A stretch of DNA of 64,000 nt, from NCBI GenBank assembly GCA_963708025.1, contig CAVPSB010000010.1:64001-128000 (forward strand), given 5' to 3'. This DNA is from an uncultured Candidatus Rokubacteria bacterium (GTDB taxonomy: Bacteria > Methylomirabilota > Methylomirabilia > Rokubacteriales > DASRDR01). The notes beneath the pieces are model-generated. The model saw only the letters and a program-made list of their open reading frames with translations, was not told where the DNA came from and ran no database searches. This document shows positions 41,628 through 53,000 of this stretch, in pieces. The translations under genes and the position numbers were made by a program. Position 1 is the stretch's first letter, and each line of letters begins with the position of its first letter.

Positions 41628-42284
41628 CTAGCGCGAGGTAACGACGCCGACCCGGTGACACGAGGCCCGCACCGGGCAGCGCGAGCAAAGCGGAGACAGG
41701 GGCCGGCAAACGTTCTGGCCGTGAGTGACCAGGAGGTCGTTGAACTCGATCCAGTACCGGGCGGGCAGCTTGGCCCGCAGCGCCATCTCGGTCTGCTCCG
41801 GCGTGCGGGTGCGGACGAAGCCAAGGCGGTTCGAGATCCGGTGGACGTGGGTGTCAACGCAGATCCCGGGCTTCCCGAACCCCACCGTGACGACGAGGTT
41901 GGCGGTCTTCCGGCCGACGCCCTTGAGGGTGAGGAGGGCCTCGATGTCGTCCGGCACCCGTCCGGCGAAGCGGGCCAGGAGATCCCGGCAGATGCCGAGG
42001 ATGGCGCGGGCCTTGGTCCGGTAGAAGCCGACCGGGTAGATCGCCCGCTCGATGGTCCGGGCGTCGAGACCCAGCATGGCCCGCGGCGTGTCGGCCAGTG
42101 CGAAGAGCCGCTCGGACGCCGGGCCGGTCGTCGTGTCCTGCGTGCGGAGCGAGAGCAGGCAGGCCACGAGGACGCGGAACGGATCTCGCTCGGCGGCCGC
42201 GATCTCGGAGACGACCGTGGGCCGCCACGCGCGGACGTGACGGCGGAGCGTCCGAACCACCGGGCCGATCCCCTCCGCCGTCAT
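41628..42284 (-). CDS. nth: Endonuclease III
   Basis: HhH LKGVGRKTAN, VDTHV, CRPLSPLCSRCPVRASC. Confidence 0.95.
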   Translation of the reverse strand: MTAEGIGPVVRTLRRHVRAWRPTVVSEIAAAERDPFRVLVACLLSLRTQDTTTGPASERLFALADTPRAMLGLDARTIERAIYPVGFYRTKARAILGICRDLLARFAGRVPDDIEALLTLKGVGRKTANLVVTVGFGKPGICVDTHVHRISNRLGFVRTRTPEQTEMALRAKLPARYWIEFNDLLVTHGQNVCRPLSPLCSRCPVRASCHRVGVVTSR

Positions 42285-42349
42285 CGGGGCGCGTAGGGCC
42301 GCGCGGAGCCAGCGGGGCGGGGCGGGCCGTCGCGCGATGGCTACCCTAG

Positions 42350-42558
42350 ACCTCGTGAGGCTTCAGAGCCATCGCGGACGAATCGCGCTCGTGGGGCAGG
42401 GCCGAGGAGCGAGCAGCGCCCACAGGCCGAAGGCCGTCCGAAAGACGCAGGGAGTCGCCCACCGCAGGCGTATGCCGCATACGCCGAGGATGGGCGACGA
42501 CCCCAAAGGCCGAAGGCCGTCCGACGGACGACGCGATGCGAAGCTCATCGGCCCTGCC
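42350..42558 (-). repeat. Family B repeat element bounded by CTAG (ORF 42548-42363)
   Basis: CTAG at 42346 and 42559; two AGGCCGAAGGCCGTCC hairpins. Confidence 0.88.
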
Positions 42559-43331
42559 CTAGCTCTTGTTGCGAATCTCGGAGAGTAGCCGCCCCGCGAG
42601 CGGTCGGTGGCGCACCGTCCAGCTCGCCACGTAGGTGGGCTGCCGCTCGTCGATCACCTGCTGCAGCTCCCGGCGCGCCTCGGCGTACCGGCCCTGCTCG
42701 ATGAGGACGCGCCCAAGCTCGATCCGCGCCCGGGTGAAGTGGGGGTCGAGGGCGAGCGCCTTCCGCTGGTAGCTCTCGGCTCTCGCCACGTCCCCGCCCA
42801 TGAGCCCCGGGTCTCCAAGTAGAACGTGCCGGCCAGCGCCAGGCCGCCCACGTTGTTGGGGTCGAGCCGGAGCACGGTGTCGATCTCCTCGCGGAGGGTG
42901 GAGACGAGGAAGGCCGCGCGGAGCTTCCCCTTGGTGATCGCCCAGCGGCCGAGGTTGGCCGCGTACCAGAGGTGGGCCTCGGGGTTCCCCGGCGCCAGCC
43001 CGATCGCGCGTTTGGCGATGTCGCGCCCGCGCTCGTAGCCCGCGAGCTTCTCATCCGGTGTCCGCGCGCGAAGGTCCGCCCACTCGAGGTGGACCCACGC
43101 CAGGAGGAGCAGAGCCTCGAGGGACGGCTCCCGGCTCAGCGCGCTCTCGAGGATCTCTCGGGCCCGATCGATCCGGCTCAGGTCCTCGTGGAAGGTCTGG
43201 AAGAGCGTCCAGGCCTCGGCGACCGGGCCCGTCGCCGCCACCGCGCCGGGGGTCGCGACCGGAGCCAGGAGGAGTACGCCCATCAGCGCGACGACCGCCG
43301 GACCCCGGCGACGGCGGGCGACGACTTCCAT
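42559..43331 (-). CDS. Exported tetratricopeptide-repeat protein (apparent frameshift near 42810)
   Basis: Signal peptide; TPR helices AIGLAPGNPEAHLWY, ALALDPHFTRARIELG; FYLET|PGLMGGD split across frames. Confidence 0.75.
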
Positions 43332-43396
43332 CCGGACGATGCTACCAGCGCCGCCGCGCCTTGACAACTTCGGGGCGGCCTCGCCATGATGGCGTC

Positions 43397-43867
43397 ATGT
43401 CGGGCTTCCTCCACGCGCTCGCAGCGGCCCTGCTGGGCGCCGGCCTCGGCGTCCAGGTGTTCCTCTCCTTCCAGGTCGCGCCGTCCACGTTCCGGCTCCT
43501 CGACCGGCCCCAGGCGGTGCGGCTCATGGAGGGTCTGTTCCCGGGCTACTACCTGTTCGGCATCATGACCACGACCGCGGCCCTCGGACTGATCCTCTGT
43601 CTCGCCCTCGCCGCCCCGCGGGCGCCGCTCCGGTGGGGCGCGCTCGTCCTGGTGACCGTGGTGCTCGCCGGCACGCTCTACGCCGGCCAGATCCTCCTGC
43701 CGGAGGCGCATGCCGCCCGGCTTCGCGCCCAGGCCGCGCCGGCGGGGGACGTGGCGCCCCTCGAGTTCAGCCGCCTCCATCGCCGGTCGGTGGCGGTCAA
43801 CATCGCGCTGTTCGGCGTCGGCCTCCTGGCGCTGGTGCTGCACGCCGCGGCGCGCCCCCGGCCATGA
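43397..43867 (+). CDS. DUF4149 membrane protein
   Basis: Four hydrophobic segments; APSTF..L, LFPGY, FSRLHRRSV.VN. Confidence 0.8.
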   Translation: MSGFLHALAAALLGAGLGVQVFLSFQVAPSTFRLLDRPQAVRLMEGLFPGYYLFGIMTTTAALGLILCLALAAPRAPLRWGALVLVTVVLAGTLYAGQILLPEAHAARLRAQAAPAGDVAPLEFSRLHRRSVAVNIALFGVGLLALVLHAAARPRP

Positions 43868-44286
43868 GCGAGCCGTCCCAACGTCCGCTCGAGTGCCTGG
43901 AACTGGACCACATCGTCCTCCGGGTCCGCGATCAGGCCGCCTCGCAGCGCTTCTACACCGAGGTGCTCGGCCTGACGGTCAACCACGTCAACGAGCCCAT
44001 CAAGTTGATCCACCTCCGCTGCGGCCGCCACATGATCGATCTCCTGCCGCTCGGCCCCGGCGAGCCGCCGCCGCCCACGGTACGGATGGACCACGTCTGC
44101 CTGGCGGTCCGGTGCGACGACCTGGCGGCGGCGGCGAGCTACCTCCGGTCTCATGGGGTCGAACTGGAGGGGGATGTCGTCTCCCGGCGGGGCGCCTTCG
44201 GCCAGGGCCCGTCGCTCTACATCCGCGACCCCGACGGCTACCGGATCGAGCTCAAGCCCCTGGGGCAGAGCGCTGAGGGCATGTGA
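43864..44286 (+). CDS. VOC (glyoxalase) family protein
   Basis: LDHIVLRV, FYTEVLG, DHVCL, SLYIRDPDG..IEL. Confidence 0.9.
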   Translation: MSEPSQRPLECLELDHIVLRVRDQAASQRFYTEVLGLTVNHVNEPIKLIHLRCGRHMIDLLPLGPGEPPPPTVRMDHVCLAVRCDDLAAAASYLRSHGVELEGDVVSRRGAFGQGPSLYIRDPDGYRIELKPLGQSAEGM

Positions 44287-44294
44287 AGGAAAGT

Positions 44295-44365
44295 CCTCCG
44301 ACTCCCCCTCCCCCCGGTGGGTGGGGGAGGGGGTTGGGGGGGGGCGGGAGGTCCCGAGAGGTCCC
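44295..44365 (+). repeat. Family A repeat between convergent genes
   Basis: CTCCGACTCCCCCTCCCCCCGGTGGGTGGGGGAGGGGGTTGG..GGAGGTCCC. Confidence 0.85.
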
Positions 44366-44373
44366 GAAAACCG

Positions 44374-45612
44374 CTACTCGTACCGGAGGGCGTCGATCGG
44401 GTCGAGGCGGGACGCCTTCCGGGCGGGGTAGAAGCCGAAGAAGATCCCCACCGCTCCCGAGAAGACGAAGGCCAGCCCGATCGCCTCGGGCTGGACGTCA
44501 GTCGTCCAGCCGGCGAACGAGGCGATGGCCTGGGAGCCCCCGAGGCCGCAGGCGATCCCGACCACGCCGCCGGCGATCGCGAGGGTCACCGCCTCGATCA
44601 GGAACTGGGCGAGGATGTCGCGGCTGCGGGCCCCGACGGCCATGCGGAGCCCGATCTCGCGCGTCCGCTCGGTCACCGAGACCAGCATGATGTTCATGAT
44701 GCCGATCCCGCCCACCAGGAGCGAGACCGAGGCGATGGCCGCCAGCAGCATCGTCATCACGCGGGCCGCCTCCTCCTGGGCGGCGAACAGCTCGGCCAGC
44801 ACGCGGATCTGGAAGTCGTCGTCCTGGCCGGGCTGGAGGCGGTGTCGCTGGCGCAGGAGGTCGCGGATCTGGTCCTCCGTCTCGCCCATCAGGTCGGCTT
44901 CCTTGACCCGGACGTTGACGGCCTGGACCGAGCGCGGGTTGGACTGGGTCACCCGGCCGAGCACCTTCTTCTTCGCGGTGGAGATCGGGATCAGGATCAC
45001 GTCGTCCTGGTCCTGGCCGAAGGAGGACTGCCCCTTCGCCTCCAGCACGCCGACGACGGTGAAGGGGACCTTCTTGATCCGGATCGTCTGGCCGATCGGG
45101 TCGGTGTCGCCGAAGAGGCTGGTCCACACCGTCTCGCCGAGGACGGCGACCTTGGCCGCCGCGTCCACGTCTTCAGGCCCGAACATCTTGCCGTTCCCCA
45201 CGCCCCACTCGCGGGCGATCAGGTAATCGGGGGTCACTCCCTGGATCACCGTCGACCAGTTGGTGTTGCCGAACACCGTCTGGGCGGCCCCGCGGACCGA
45301 GGGCGCCGCCACCTCCACCGGGGGCACCTCGACGGCGATGGCCCGGGCGTCTTCCTCGGTCAGCGTGAGCTGGGTCCCGAGCCCCCACCGGATGCCTCCG
45401 GAGGTGCTGGCCCCCGACATGACCACGATGGCGTTCGAGCCGAGCGAGCGGATCTGCTCGGAGATGCGCCGCTGGGCGCCGGCGCCGACCGACACCATGG
45501 CGATGACGGCACCGACCCCGATGATGATCCCAAGCATCGTCAGCGCCGTCCGCAGGAGATGCGCCCGAAGCGCGCCGAGAGCCATGCGGACGCTCGCCCC
45601 GATCATCTTCAC
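44374..45612 (-). CDS. MacB-family ABC permease
   Basis: [49 protein letters not shown]. Confidence 0.93.
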   Translation of the reverse strand: MKMIGASVRMALGALRAHLLRTALTMLGIIIGVGAVIAMVSVGAGAQRRISEQIRSLGSNAIVVMSGASTSGGIRWGLGTQLTLTEEDARAIAVEVPPVEVAAPSVRGAAQTVFGNTNWSTVIQGVTPDYLIAREWGVGNGKMFGPEDVDAAAKVAVLGETVWTSLFGDTDPIGQTIRIKKVPFTVVGVLEAKGQSSFGQDQDDVILIPISTAKKKVLGRVTQSNPRSVQAVNVRVKEADLMGETEDQIRDLLRQRHRLQPGQDDDFQIRVLAELFAAQEEAARVMTMLLAAIASVSLLVGGIGIMNIMLVSVTERTREIGLRMAVGARSRDILAQFLIEAVTLAIAGGVVGIACGLGGSQAIASFAGWTTDVQPEAIGLAFVFSGAVGIFFGFYPARKASRLDPIDALRYE

Positions 45613-46361
45613 GCCGTCACCTCCTCGGCCGGGAGGCCCGCCAGCATGTCGTCGGCAACCAGCCGCTCCTGGACCGCGGTGTCAGCCCGCAGCCGCCCAT
45701 CCCGGAAGGTCACGACCCGGCTCGCGTAGCGCGCGATGTCGTCCTCGTGGGTCACCAGGACGACCGTGATGTGCGCCTGGTTCAGCCGCTGGAGGATGGC
45801 CATGATCTCGATGCTGGTCCGCGTGTCCAGGTTGCCCGTCGGCTCGTCGGCCAGCACCAGGCGCGGCTCGTTGACGAGGGCGCGGGCGATGGCGACGCGC
45901 TGCTGCTGGCCGCCCGAGAGCTGGTTCGGGCGGTGGCCGGCCCGGTCCCCGAGGCCGACGTCCTTGAGACGGGCCAGCGCGCGGGGGCGGCGGTCCCGGG
46001 CGGTCGCGCCATCGTAGAGGAGCGGCAGCTCGACGTTCTCGACCGCGCTCATGCGGGGGAGGAGGTTGAACGTCTGGAACACGAAGCCGATCTTCTTGTT
46101 GCGGATCGCCGCCAGCGCGTCGCGCGAGAGCCGGGAGACGTCCTCGCCGTCGAGCGCGTACGTCCCCGCGGTCGGCGTGTCGAGGCAGCCGATCAGGTTC
46201 ATGAAGGTCGATTTGCCGGAGCCGGACGGCCCCATGATCGCCACGAACTCGCCCGGCACGATGTCGAGGCTCACGCCCCGGAGGGCGTGCACGGCATGAT
46301 CCCCCAGCCGATACGTCTTCGCCAGATCCCGAACAGAGATCAGCGGTACCCGGGCGTCCAC
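45609..46361 (-). CDS. MacB/LolD-family ABC ATP-binding protein
   Basis: [26 protein letters not shown]. Confidence 0.93.
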   Translation of the reverse strand: MDARVPLISVRDLAKTYRLGDHAVHALRGVSLDIVPGEFVAIMGPSGSGKSTFMNLIGCLDTPTAGTYALDGEDVSRLSRDALAAIRNKKIGFVFQTFNLLPRMSAVENVELPLLYDGATARDRRPRALARLKDVGLGDRAGHRPNQLSGGQQQRVAIARALVNEPRLVLADEPTGNLDTRTSIEIMAILQRLNQAHITVVLVTHEDDIARYASRVVTFRDGRLRADTAVQERLVADDMLAGLPAEEVTA

Positions 46362-46369
46362 AGGGCTAG

Positions 46370-46635
46370 GTTCCTCGAAGCGCCAGAGACATGGCAGATG
46401 AGGAAAGCTCCCGGGGGCGGAGCCGAGGAGCGAGCAGCGCCCACAGGCCGAAGGCCGTCCGAAGGACGCAGGGAGTCGCCGACCGCAGGCGTACTCCTCG
46501 TACGCCGAGGATCGGCGACGACCCCAAAGGCCGAAGGCCGTCCGAACGACGACCATAGGTCGGGACGGACGCGAGGCCGTAGGCCGAGCGCGTCACGACC
46601 GAGATCGACATTGCGACGCTCATCGGCCCCGCCCC
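46370..46635 (-). repeat. Family B repeat element bounded by CTAG (ORF 46623-46366)
   Basis: CTAG at 46366 and 46636; shares blocks with 8068, 21678 and 42350 copies. Confidence 0.9.
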
Positions 46636-48486
46636 CTAGAGCCGGAGGCGGGGAGCCTGGCCGCCCGTACTCCGCTGAGTGGCGCCAGTCTGCCCGGTGA
46701 GGACCTCCTGGCCCGGCTGGAGGTCGCCCTGGAGCAGCTCCGAGTAGGAGCCGTCCGAGGCGCCGGTGACGATGGCCACGGCCTTGGGCTTCCCGTCGGG
46801 CCCCAGGACGAAGACCCGCCCTGGGCTTCCGCTGGCGCCAGCCGCGCCGGCGCTGCCCTCCTGGGCCGCGGCCAGCGCGTCGTACTTCCTCTGCTGCTCG
46901 GGGGTCAGGATGGCCCGGATCTTCTCCCGGGTCTCGGCGCGAATCCGCTTCCGCTGCGCCTCGCGCGCGCGCTCGTCCAGGTCCTGGCCGCGCATCGCCC
47001 CGAAGGCCTGGCGGGACTCTCCCAGGATGGCGTCGAGGCGCCCCTGCTGCTCGGTGGTCAGTGCCAGCTCTTTCGTCAGCGTCTCGCGCAGCTGACCGGC
47101 GGCGCCGGGGCCACCCGCGCCACTGGCCCCACCGCCCACCGCCCGTCCGCCGCGCGCCTCGCCAGACGCCCCACCGGCGGCTCGTCCACCCTCGGCGGGA
47201 GCCGGTGAGGGGCCGGCCGCCGGGCCGGCGCTCTCGCCCGACGGCCGGTAGCGGAGCGCCGCGTTCGGGACCCGGACCACGTCGTCCTTCCGGTCGATCT
47301 GGATGCGGACGTTGGCCGTCATGCCCGGCATCAGCTTCCGCTCCGGGTTCGCCACCGCGATGACGGTCGTGTAGGTGACCACGTTCTGGACGACCTGGGG
47401 CGCCTTGCGGATCTGGACGATCTCCCCGCGGAAGCTCTGGCCGGGGAACGCGTCCACGCTGAAGCTGGCCGGCATGCGCTCCCGCAGGCGTCCGACGTCG
47501 GCCTCGTCCACCGCCGTCTCCACCTGCATGCGGGTGAGGTCCTCGGCGATGGTGAAGAGCGTCGGGGCCTGGAGGCTCGCCGCCACGGTCTGGCCGACGT
47601 CGATGGCGCGGGAGACGACGACGCCGTTGACCGGGGCGCGGATCTCGGTGTGCTCGAGGTCCACGGCCGCCTGCTTCAGGACCGCCTGCTTCTGCTGGAC
47701 CATGGCTTCCGCCGACTTGAGCTGGGCGTGGGCGACGCCCAGGCCCGCCTGGGCGGAGGCGGCCTGGGCCTCGGCGGCCTTGACCTGCGACTCCGTGGCG
47801 ACTTGCTGGGCCTCGGACGAGCGCAGCGCCGCCTCCGCCGCGCTCTGCTGCGAGCGGGACGCCTCGAGCTGGGCCTGGGCGGTCTCGAAGGTCGTCTGGG
47901 CCAGGTCCTTGTCGCTCTGGGAGATCAGCTCCTGGCGCAGGAGGTCCACCCGGCGATCCAGCTCGCGGCGGGCGTTGGCCAGGGTGGCGCTGTCCCGGGC
48001 GACGTTGGCCCGGGCGGTCGCGATGGCCGCCCGGGCGTTCTCGACATCGGCGCGCATCCGGCTGACGTTGGCGTGGGCGGTCACGATGCTGGCCCGGCTG
48101 TTCTCGAGATCGGCCCGGACCTTCTCGACGTTGGCGCGCTGGTTCAGCACCGCCGCCTGGGCGCCCTCCAGGTCGGCGCGGGCGGCGTTCACCTTGGCCT
48201 GGAAGGTCTCGGGGTCGAGCCGGGCGATGAGCTGGCCCTTCTTGACCGTCGAGTTGAAGTCGACCATCAGGTCCTTGATCTGGCCCGAGACCTGGCTGCC
48301 GACCAGCACGGTGGTGACGGCGTTGAGGTTGCCGGTGGCGGAGACGGAGGCGACGACGGTGCCCCGGTCCACCCGGCCGGTCCGGTACTTCGTCGCCTGG
48401 CCGCGGTTCGCGCTGAGCACGTAGCCGGCGAACGCCAGGCCCGCCACCACCAGCGCCAGCAGCACGAGGAGGCCGACCCGCTTCAT
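46636..48486 (-). CDS. Efflux periplasmic adaptor (MacA-like)
   Basis: VGSQVSGQI, IRAPVNGVV..GQTVAASLQAPTLF, PGMTA. Confidence 0.9.
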   Translation of the reverse strand: MKRVGLLVLLALVVAGLAFAGYVLSANRGQATKYRTGRVDRGTVVASVSATGNLNAVTTVLVGSQVSGQIKDLMVDFNSTVKKGQLIARLDPETFQAKVNAARADLEGAQAAVLNQRANVEKVRADLENSRASIVTAHANVSRMRADVENARAAIATARANVARDSATLANARRELDRRVDLLRQELISQSDKDLAQTTFETAQAQLEASRSQQSAAEAALRSSEAQQVATESQVKAAEAQAASAQAGLGVAHAQLKSAEAMVQQKQAVLKQAAVDLEHTEIRAPVNGVVVSRAIDVGQTVAASLQAPTLFTIAEDLTRMQVETAVDEADVGRLRERMPASFSVDAFPGQSFRGEIVQIRKAPQVVQNVVTYTTVIAVANPERKLMPGMTANVRIQIDRKDDVVRVPNAALRYRPSGESAGPAAGPSPAPAEGGRAAGGASGEARGGRAVGGGASGAGGPGAAGQLRETLTKELALTTEQQGRLDAILGESRQAFGAMRGQDLDERAREAQRKRIRAETREKIRAILTPEQQRKYDALAAAQEGSAGAAGASGSPGRVFVLGPDGKPKAVAIVTGASDGSYSELLQGDLQPGQEVLTGQTGATQRSTGGQAPRLRL

Positions 48487-48638
48487 CGCTGGCTCGCCCC
48501 CGGTTTCAGCGCGCGGTCCCGGCCACGGGCTGGATGCGGCTGCGGTCGGGTCCTGGAAGTGCTGGGCATGTCACTCAATTGTCTCACCTACAAGGGGTTC
48601 GACGGATGGACCCGCCCCGGCATTTCCCGGCCCGGCGC

Positions 48639-49976
48639 TCAGGGCCGACCCACGGCCCGATCCAGCGCCGCCAGCGCCAGCTTGTGGTCCGTCAGCGCCC
48701 GGACCTGGTCGGCCTCGGCGTTCGTCAGGTCGAACTGAGCGGTGGTCAGGTCCAGGATGGTCCCGACCCCCGCGTCGTAGCGGCCCTGGGCCAGCCGCAG
48801 GTTCTCCCGCGCCGACTCCACCGCCTTGCCGGTGGCGACGAACCGCTCGGCGGCCTCGACCACCAAGATGATCGTCTGCTCGACCTCGAGGCGCACCTGC
48901 AGCTCGAACGAGTCGTAGTTCGCCTGGGAGGCGTCCAGGTTGGCCTCGGTCTCCTTGACCCGGCTCTGCGTGAAGAAGCCCTGGAAGAGATTCCAGGACA
49001 GCGTCCCGGCGATCGCCCAGGTGTCCTGGCTGCTGCTGTAGAGGTTCAGCTCCGGATCCGACGAGAAGCCCCCGACGGACCCGGTGGCGACCAGATCAGG
49101 GAGGTAGCCGGCGCGGGCCCCGGAGAGCTGGGCCCGGGCGGCGTCGATCCGGGCCCTGGCCTGCGACAGCTCGGGCCGGTTGTTCAGCGCCTCCGCCCGG
49201 AGCGCCTCGGAGTCCAGCGGGACCGGCTCGAAGTTCAGGTTGTCCTGGATCTCGATCGCCGTCGTCGCCTCCAGGCCCAGGGCGTTGGCGAGGTTCACCT
49301 CGGAGAATCGCACCAGGTTCCGGGCCCGGATCTGGGCGACCTGGGCGTTGGCCACGTCGACCTCGGCGCGCGTCACGTCGGACTTGGGCCGGGTGCCGAC
49401 GTCGAAGAAGCCGCGAGCGCTGCGGAGGTTCAGGTCGGCCCGGGCGACCTGGGCGTCGGCCACCGCGACGAGGCGCCGCGCCTGCAGGAGCTGGTAGTAG
49501 GTCTGCCGGACGTTCAGGACGACGACCTCGCGCGTCTGCTCGAGCTGACTCTGCGACAGCCGGACATTGGCCCGGGCCTCGTCGACCAGCGCCCCGGTCT
49601 TGCCGAAGTCGTAGAGGATCTGCCGGGCCTGGAGGGCGGTGGAGAAGGCGTTGCTCTGCACCGCGCTGTTGGAGCTGTTGCTGAAGACCTGGCTGCGGCC
49701 GATCGACGTAACCCAGTCCAGGCGTGGATAGTAGCTCGACTGGGCCTGCGGCACGCGCGCGACCGTGGCGTTCACGCTCTGCTGGGCCGAGCGGAGCGTC
49801 GGCTGCTGGCGGAGCGCCAGGTCGATGGCTTCCTGCAGCGACAGCACCTGGCCCGGCGCGGGGGCCGTGCGCGGCGTGGTGTAGGAGGGCGGCGCCTGAG
49901 CGCCCGCCGGTGTCGCCGAGGCGGCGGCCACCGTCAGCAGGCAACCGAGGGCCGGCAGCGCGGATCGGAGTGACAT
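48639..49976 (-). CDS. TolC-family outer membrane efflux protein
   Basis: LSLQEAIDLAL, YYP.L, NRPEL, RYDAG. Confidence 0.88.
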   Translation of the reverse strand: MSLRSALPALGCLLTVAAASATPAGAQAPPSYTTPRTAPAPGQVLSLQEAIDLALRQQPTLRSAQQSVNATVARVPQAQSSYYPRLDWVTSIGRSQVFSNSSNSAVQSNAFSTALQARQILYDFGKTGALVDEARANVRLSQSQLEQTREVVVLNVRQTYYQLLQARRLVAVADAQVARADLNLRSARGFFDVGTRPKSDVTRAEVDVANAQVAQIRARNLVRFSEVNLANALGLEATTAIEIQDNLNFEPVPLDSEALRAEALNNRPELSQARARIDAARAQLSGARAGYLPDLVATGSVGGFSSDPELNLYSSSQDTWAIAGTLSWNLFQGFFTQSRVKETEANLDASQANYDSFELQVRLEVEQTIILVVEAAERFVATGKAVESARENLRLAQGRYDAGVGTILDLTTAQFDLTNAEADQVRALTDHKLALAALDRAVGRP

Positions 49977-50025
49977 GGTCGCGAGCTCTCCTCTGGGGGA
50001 TGGCGAGGGGCGGCGGTCCCCCCGC

Positions 50026-53000
50026 TCAGGACACGTGGGCGTCCTCCGCACGGAGCGTGCGGGGGAAGCGCTCCTCGAAGATCGTGTACAGGGTGGGGAT
50101 GAGGACGAGCGTCAGGCCGGTCGAGACCATGAGGCCTCCGATGACCGCCCGGGCCAGCGGGGCGTTGGCCTCGCTCCCGACCATCAGGCCGAGGGCCATG
50201 GGCGAGAGCCCGACGACGGTCGCAATGCTGGTCATCAGGATCGGCCGGAGCCGGGTCCGGCCGGCGGTGAGCACGGCCTCGGCGAGCGGGAGCCCGCGGC
50301 GGCGCAGCTCGTTCGTGTACTCGACCAGGAGCACGCCGTTCGACACCACGATCCCGACCATCATGATGATGCCCATGAACGAGGTCGTGGAGAGCGTCGT
50401 GCGGGTGAGGAAGAGGGCCCACAAGACCCCGATGAGACCCATGGGGACCGAGAACATGATGATGAAGGGATCCTTGAGCGACCGGAACTGGGACGCCATC
50501 ACCATGTAGACGAGCATGAGGGCCAGGATCATCGTGAACGCGAGGCTCGAGAAGGCCTCCCGCTGCTGGGCGGTCTGGCCGCCGAGCCGCACCTCGAAGC
50601 CGGCCGGCAGCCGGAGCGAGCCAAGCTTCGACTCCAGCTCGTCCGAGATCGCGCCCAGGTCCCGACCGACCGGGTTCGCCGAGATCCGGATCAGCCGCTG
50701 CTGGTACTTCCGCTCGATCTCGACGGGCGCGACGCTCCGCGAGATGTCCGCCACCGTGGACAGGACGATGGGCCGGCCGCCGGTCGCGGTGACGAAGATC
50801 TTGCCGAGGTCCTCCGGCCGCACCCGGAACGGCTCGTCGAGCTGGACGACGATGTTGTACTGGTTGCCGGTCCGGGGGTCGGTGAAGATGGCCGGGTTCA
50901 CGCTGAGGTTCGAGTTGAGCGAGAAGAGCGCGGCCTGGGCGATGTCGCGCTGGCTGAGCCCGGCCGCCGCCGCCTTCACCCGGTCCACGGCCACGCTGAA
51001 CTGGGGGTAGTTCTCCTCGCGGCTGATCTGGACGTCGGCGACGTTCGGCGTGTCCCGCATGAGCCCCGCGACCTGGCGGGCGGCCACCTGGGCCTGGGCG
51101 AGGTCGTAGCCCAGCACCTCGAGCTCCAGGGGGTTCTGGGAGCCGCGGTTGAGCACCCGGTTGACGATGCCGCCCAGGTTGAAATAGGTGACCGTGCCGG
51201 GGAACTGGCCGGCGAATTTCGGGCGGATCGCGTTGACGATCTGGGCGTCGGATCGCGTCCGCCGGTCGGGCGTGTCCAGGTAGACCTGGACCTGGCCGGC
51301 GTGGGGCCCGGTGTTGGAGGTGAAGAGGGCCGACCGGCCGCCCGGGATCCCGACCGAGGAGATGATCGTCTTGTACTCGCTCGGCTTCAGATTCGCCTTG
51401 AGGATCTCCTCCATGCGGCCGGCGATCTTCTCGGTCTCCTCGACCCGGGTCCCGATCGGCGCCCGGAAGAACACCCGGAACTGGCTCTCGTCCGAGGCGG
51501 GGAAGAACTCCGTCCCGATCAACGGGTACAGGCCCAGGCTCGCCAGGAAGGTGGCGACCACGCCGAGGACGACGGCCTTCCGGTGCCGGAGCGCCCAGCC
51601 GAGCAGGCGCTGGTAGGCGATGTCCAGGCGGTCGAGGCCGGCCTGCGTCCACCCCATGAACCGATCGCGAAACCGGCGGCTGGTGGGGTCGCGAGGGCGC
51701 TCGGGCCTGAGCCACTGCAGGCAGAGCAGCGGGGTCACCGTCCGGGAGACCAGGAAGGAGGCGAAGAGCGAGAAGGAGATCGTGAAGGTGAGGGGCAGGA
51801 AGAGGAGCTTGGCCTGACCCTCGATGAAGACCGTGGGAAGGAAGACGACGATGGTCGTGATGGTCGAGACGAAGATGGGCATCGCCACCTCGCGGGCGGC
51901 GTCGAGGACGGCGGCGCGCCGGTCCTTGCCCGGGATGGCCAGGTGCCGGTTGATGTTCTCCAGCTCCACGATCGAGTCGTCCACCAGCCGGCCGACCGCG
52001 AGGGCGAGGCCGCCCAGGGTGAAGACGTTGATCGTCTGGCCGAGGAAGTACATGGCGATGAACGTGCCGAGGATCGAGAGCGGGATCGCGATGAAGATGA
52101 TGCCCGTCGAGACGAGACTGCGGAGGAAGATCAGGATGACCAGGAAGGCGAGCACCGCGCCCTGGCCCGCCTCGTGCCAGAGGCTCTCGATGGACTGGCG
52201 GATGTAGGTGGACTGGTCGAAGGTCAGGGCGATCTGAACGCCGGCGGGGATCCCGGTGAGCTTCGGGAGGGTGCCCTTCACGGCGTCCACGATCTCCACG
52301 GTGTTGGCGCCCGGCTGCTTGTTGACGCGCAGGTAGACCGCCCGCTCGGCGTTGACCCGGACGACGCTCGTCTGCTGCTCGAAGGAGTCCGACACGTACC
52401 CGAGGTCGCGGATGTAGACCGGGACCTCGCCGATCCTCCGGACGACGATGTCCTCCATCGGCTTGACGAGCGCGAACTGGTTGTTGGTCGAGATGTTGTA
52501 GTCGACGCTGCCGATCTTGATGTCGCCCGAGGGCATCAGGAAATTGGCGTCGTTCACCGCCCGGACGACGTCCAGAACCGAGAGGCTCTTGGCGTACAGG
52601 AGGTCCCGGTTCAGGTTGACCGCGATCTGGCGGAGCTTGCCGCCGTCGACGTTGGCGGAGGCGACACCGGGCAGCCGCTCGAGCTGCGGCTCGATGGTGT
52701 TGAAGGCCAGGTCGTAGAGCTCCTTCTCGCCCAGGCCGCCGCCGGAGGCCGTGATCATGCACACCGGGATGTTGGACAGGTCGAAGCGGACGATGAAGGG
52801 CTGCTTGATCCCGGTGGGCAGCGAGTTCAGGATCTGCTGGACGCGCTGCATGATCTCGTTCTGTCCGGCGTTGACGTCGGCGTCGAAGTTGAACCAGACC
52901 TGCACCGACGAGAACCCCTGCCGGCTCTTCGACTCGACGTGGTGGACGTTGGCGACGGCGCTGACCGCCTTCTCGATCGGGTAGGTGACGGTCTTCTCGA

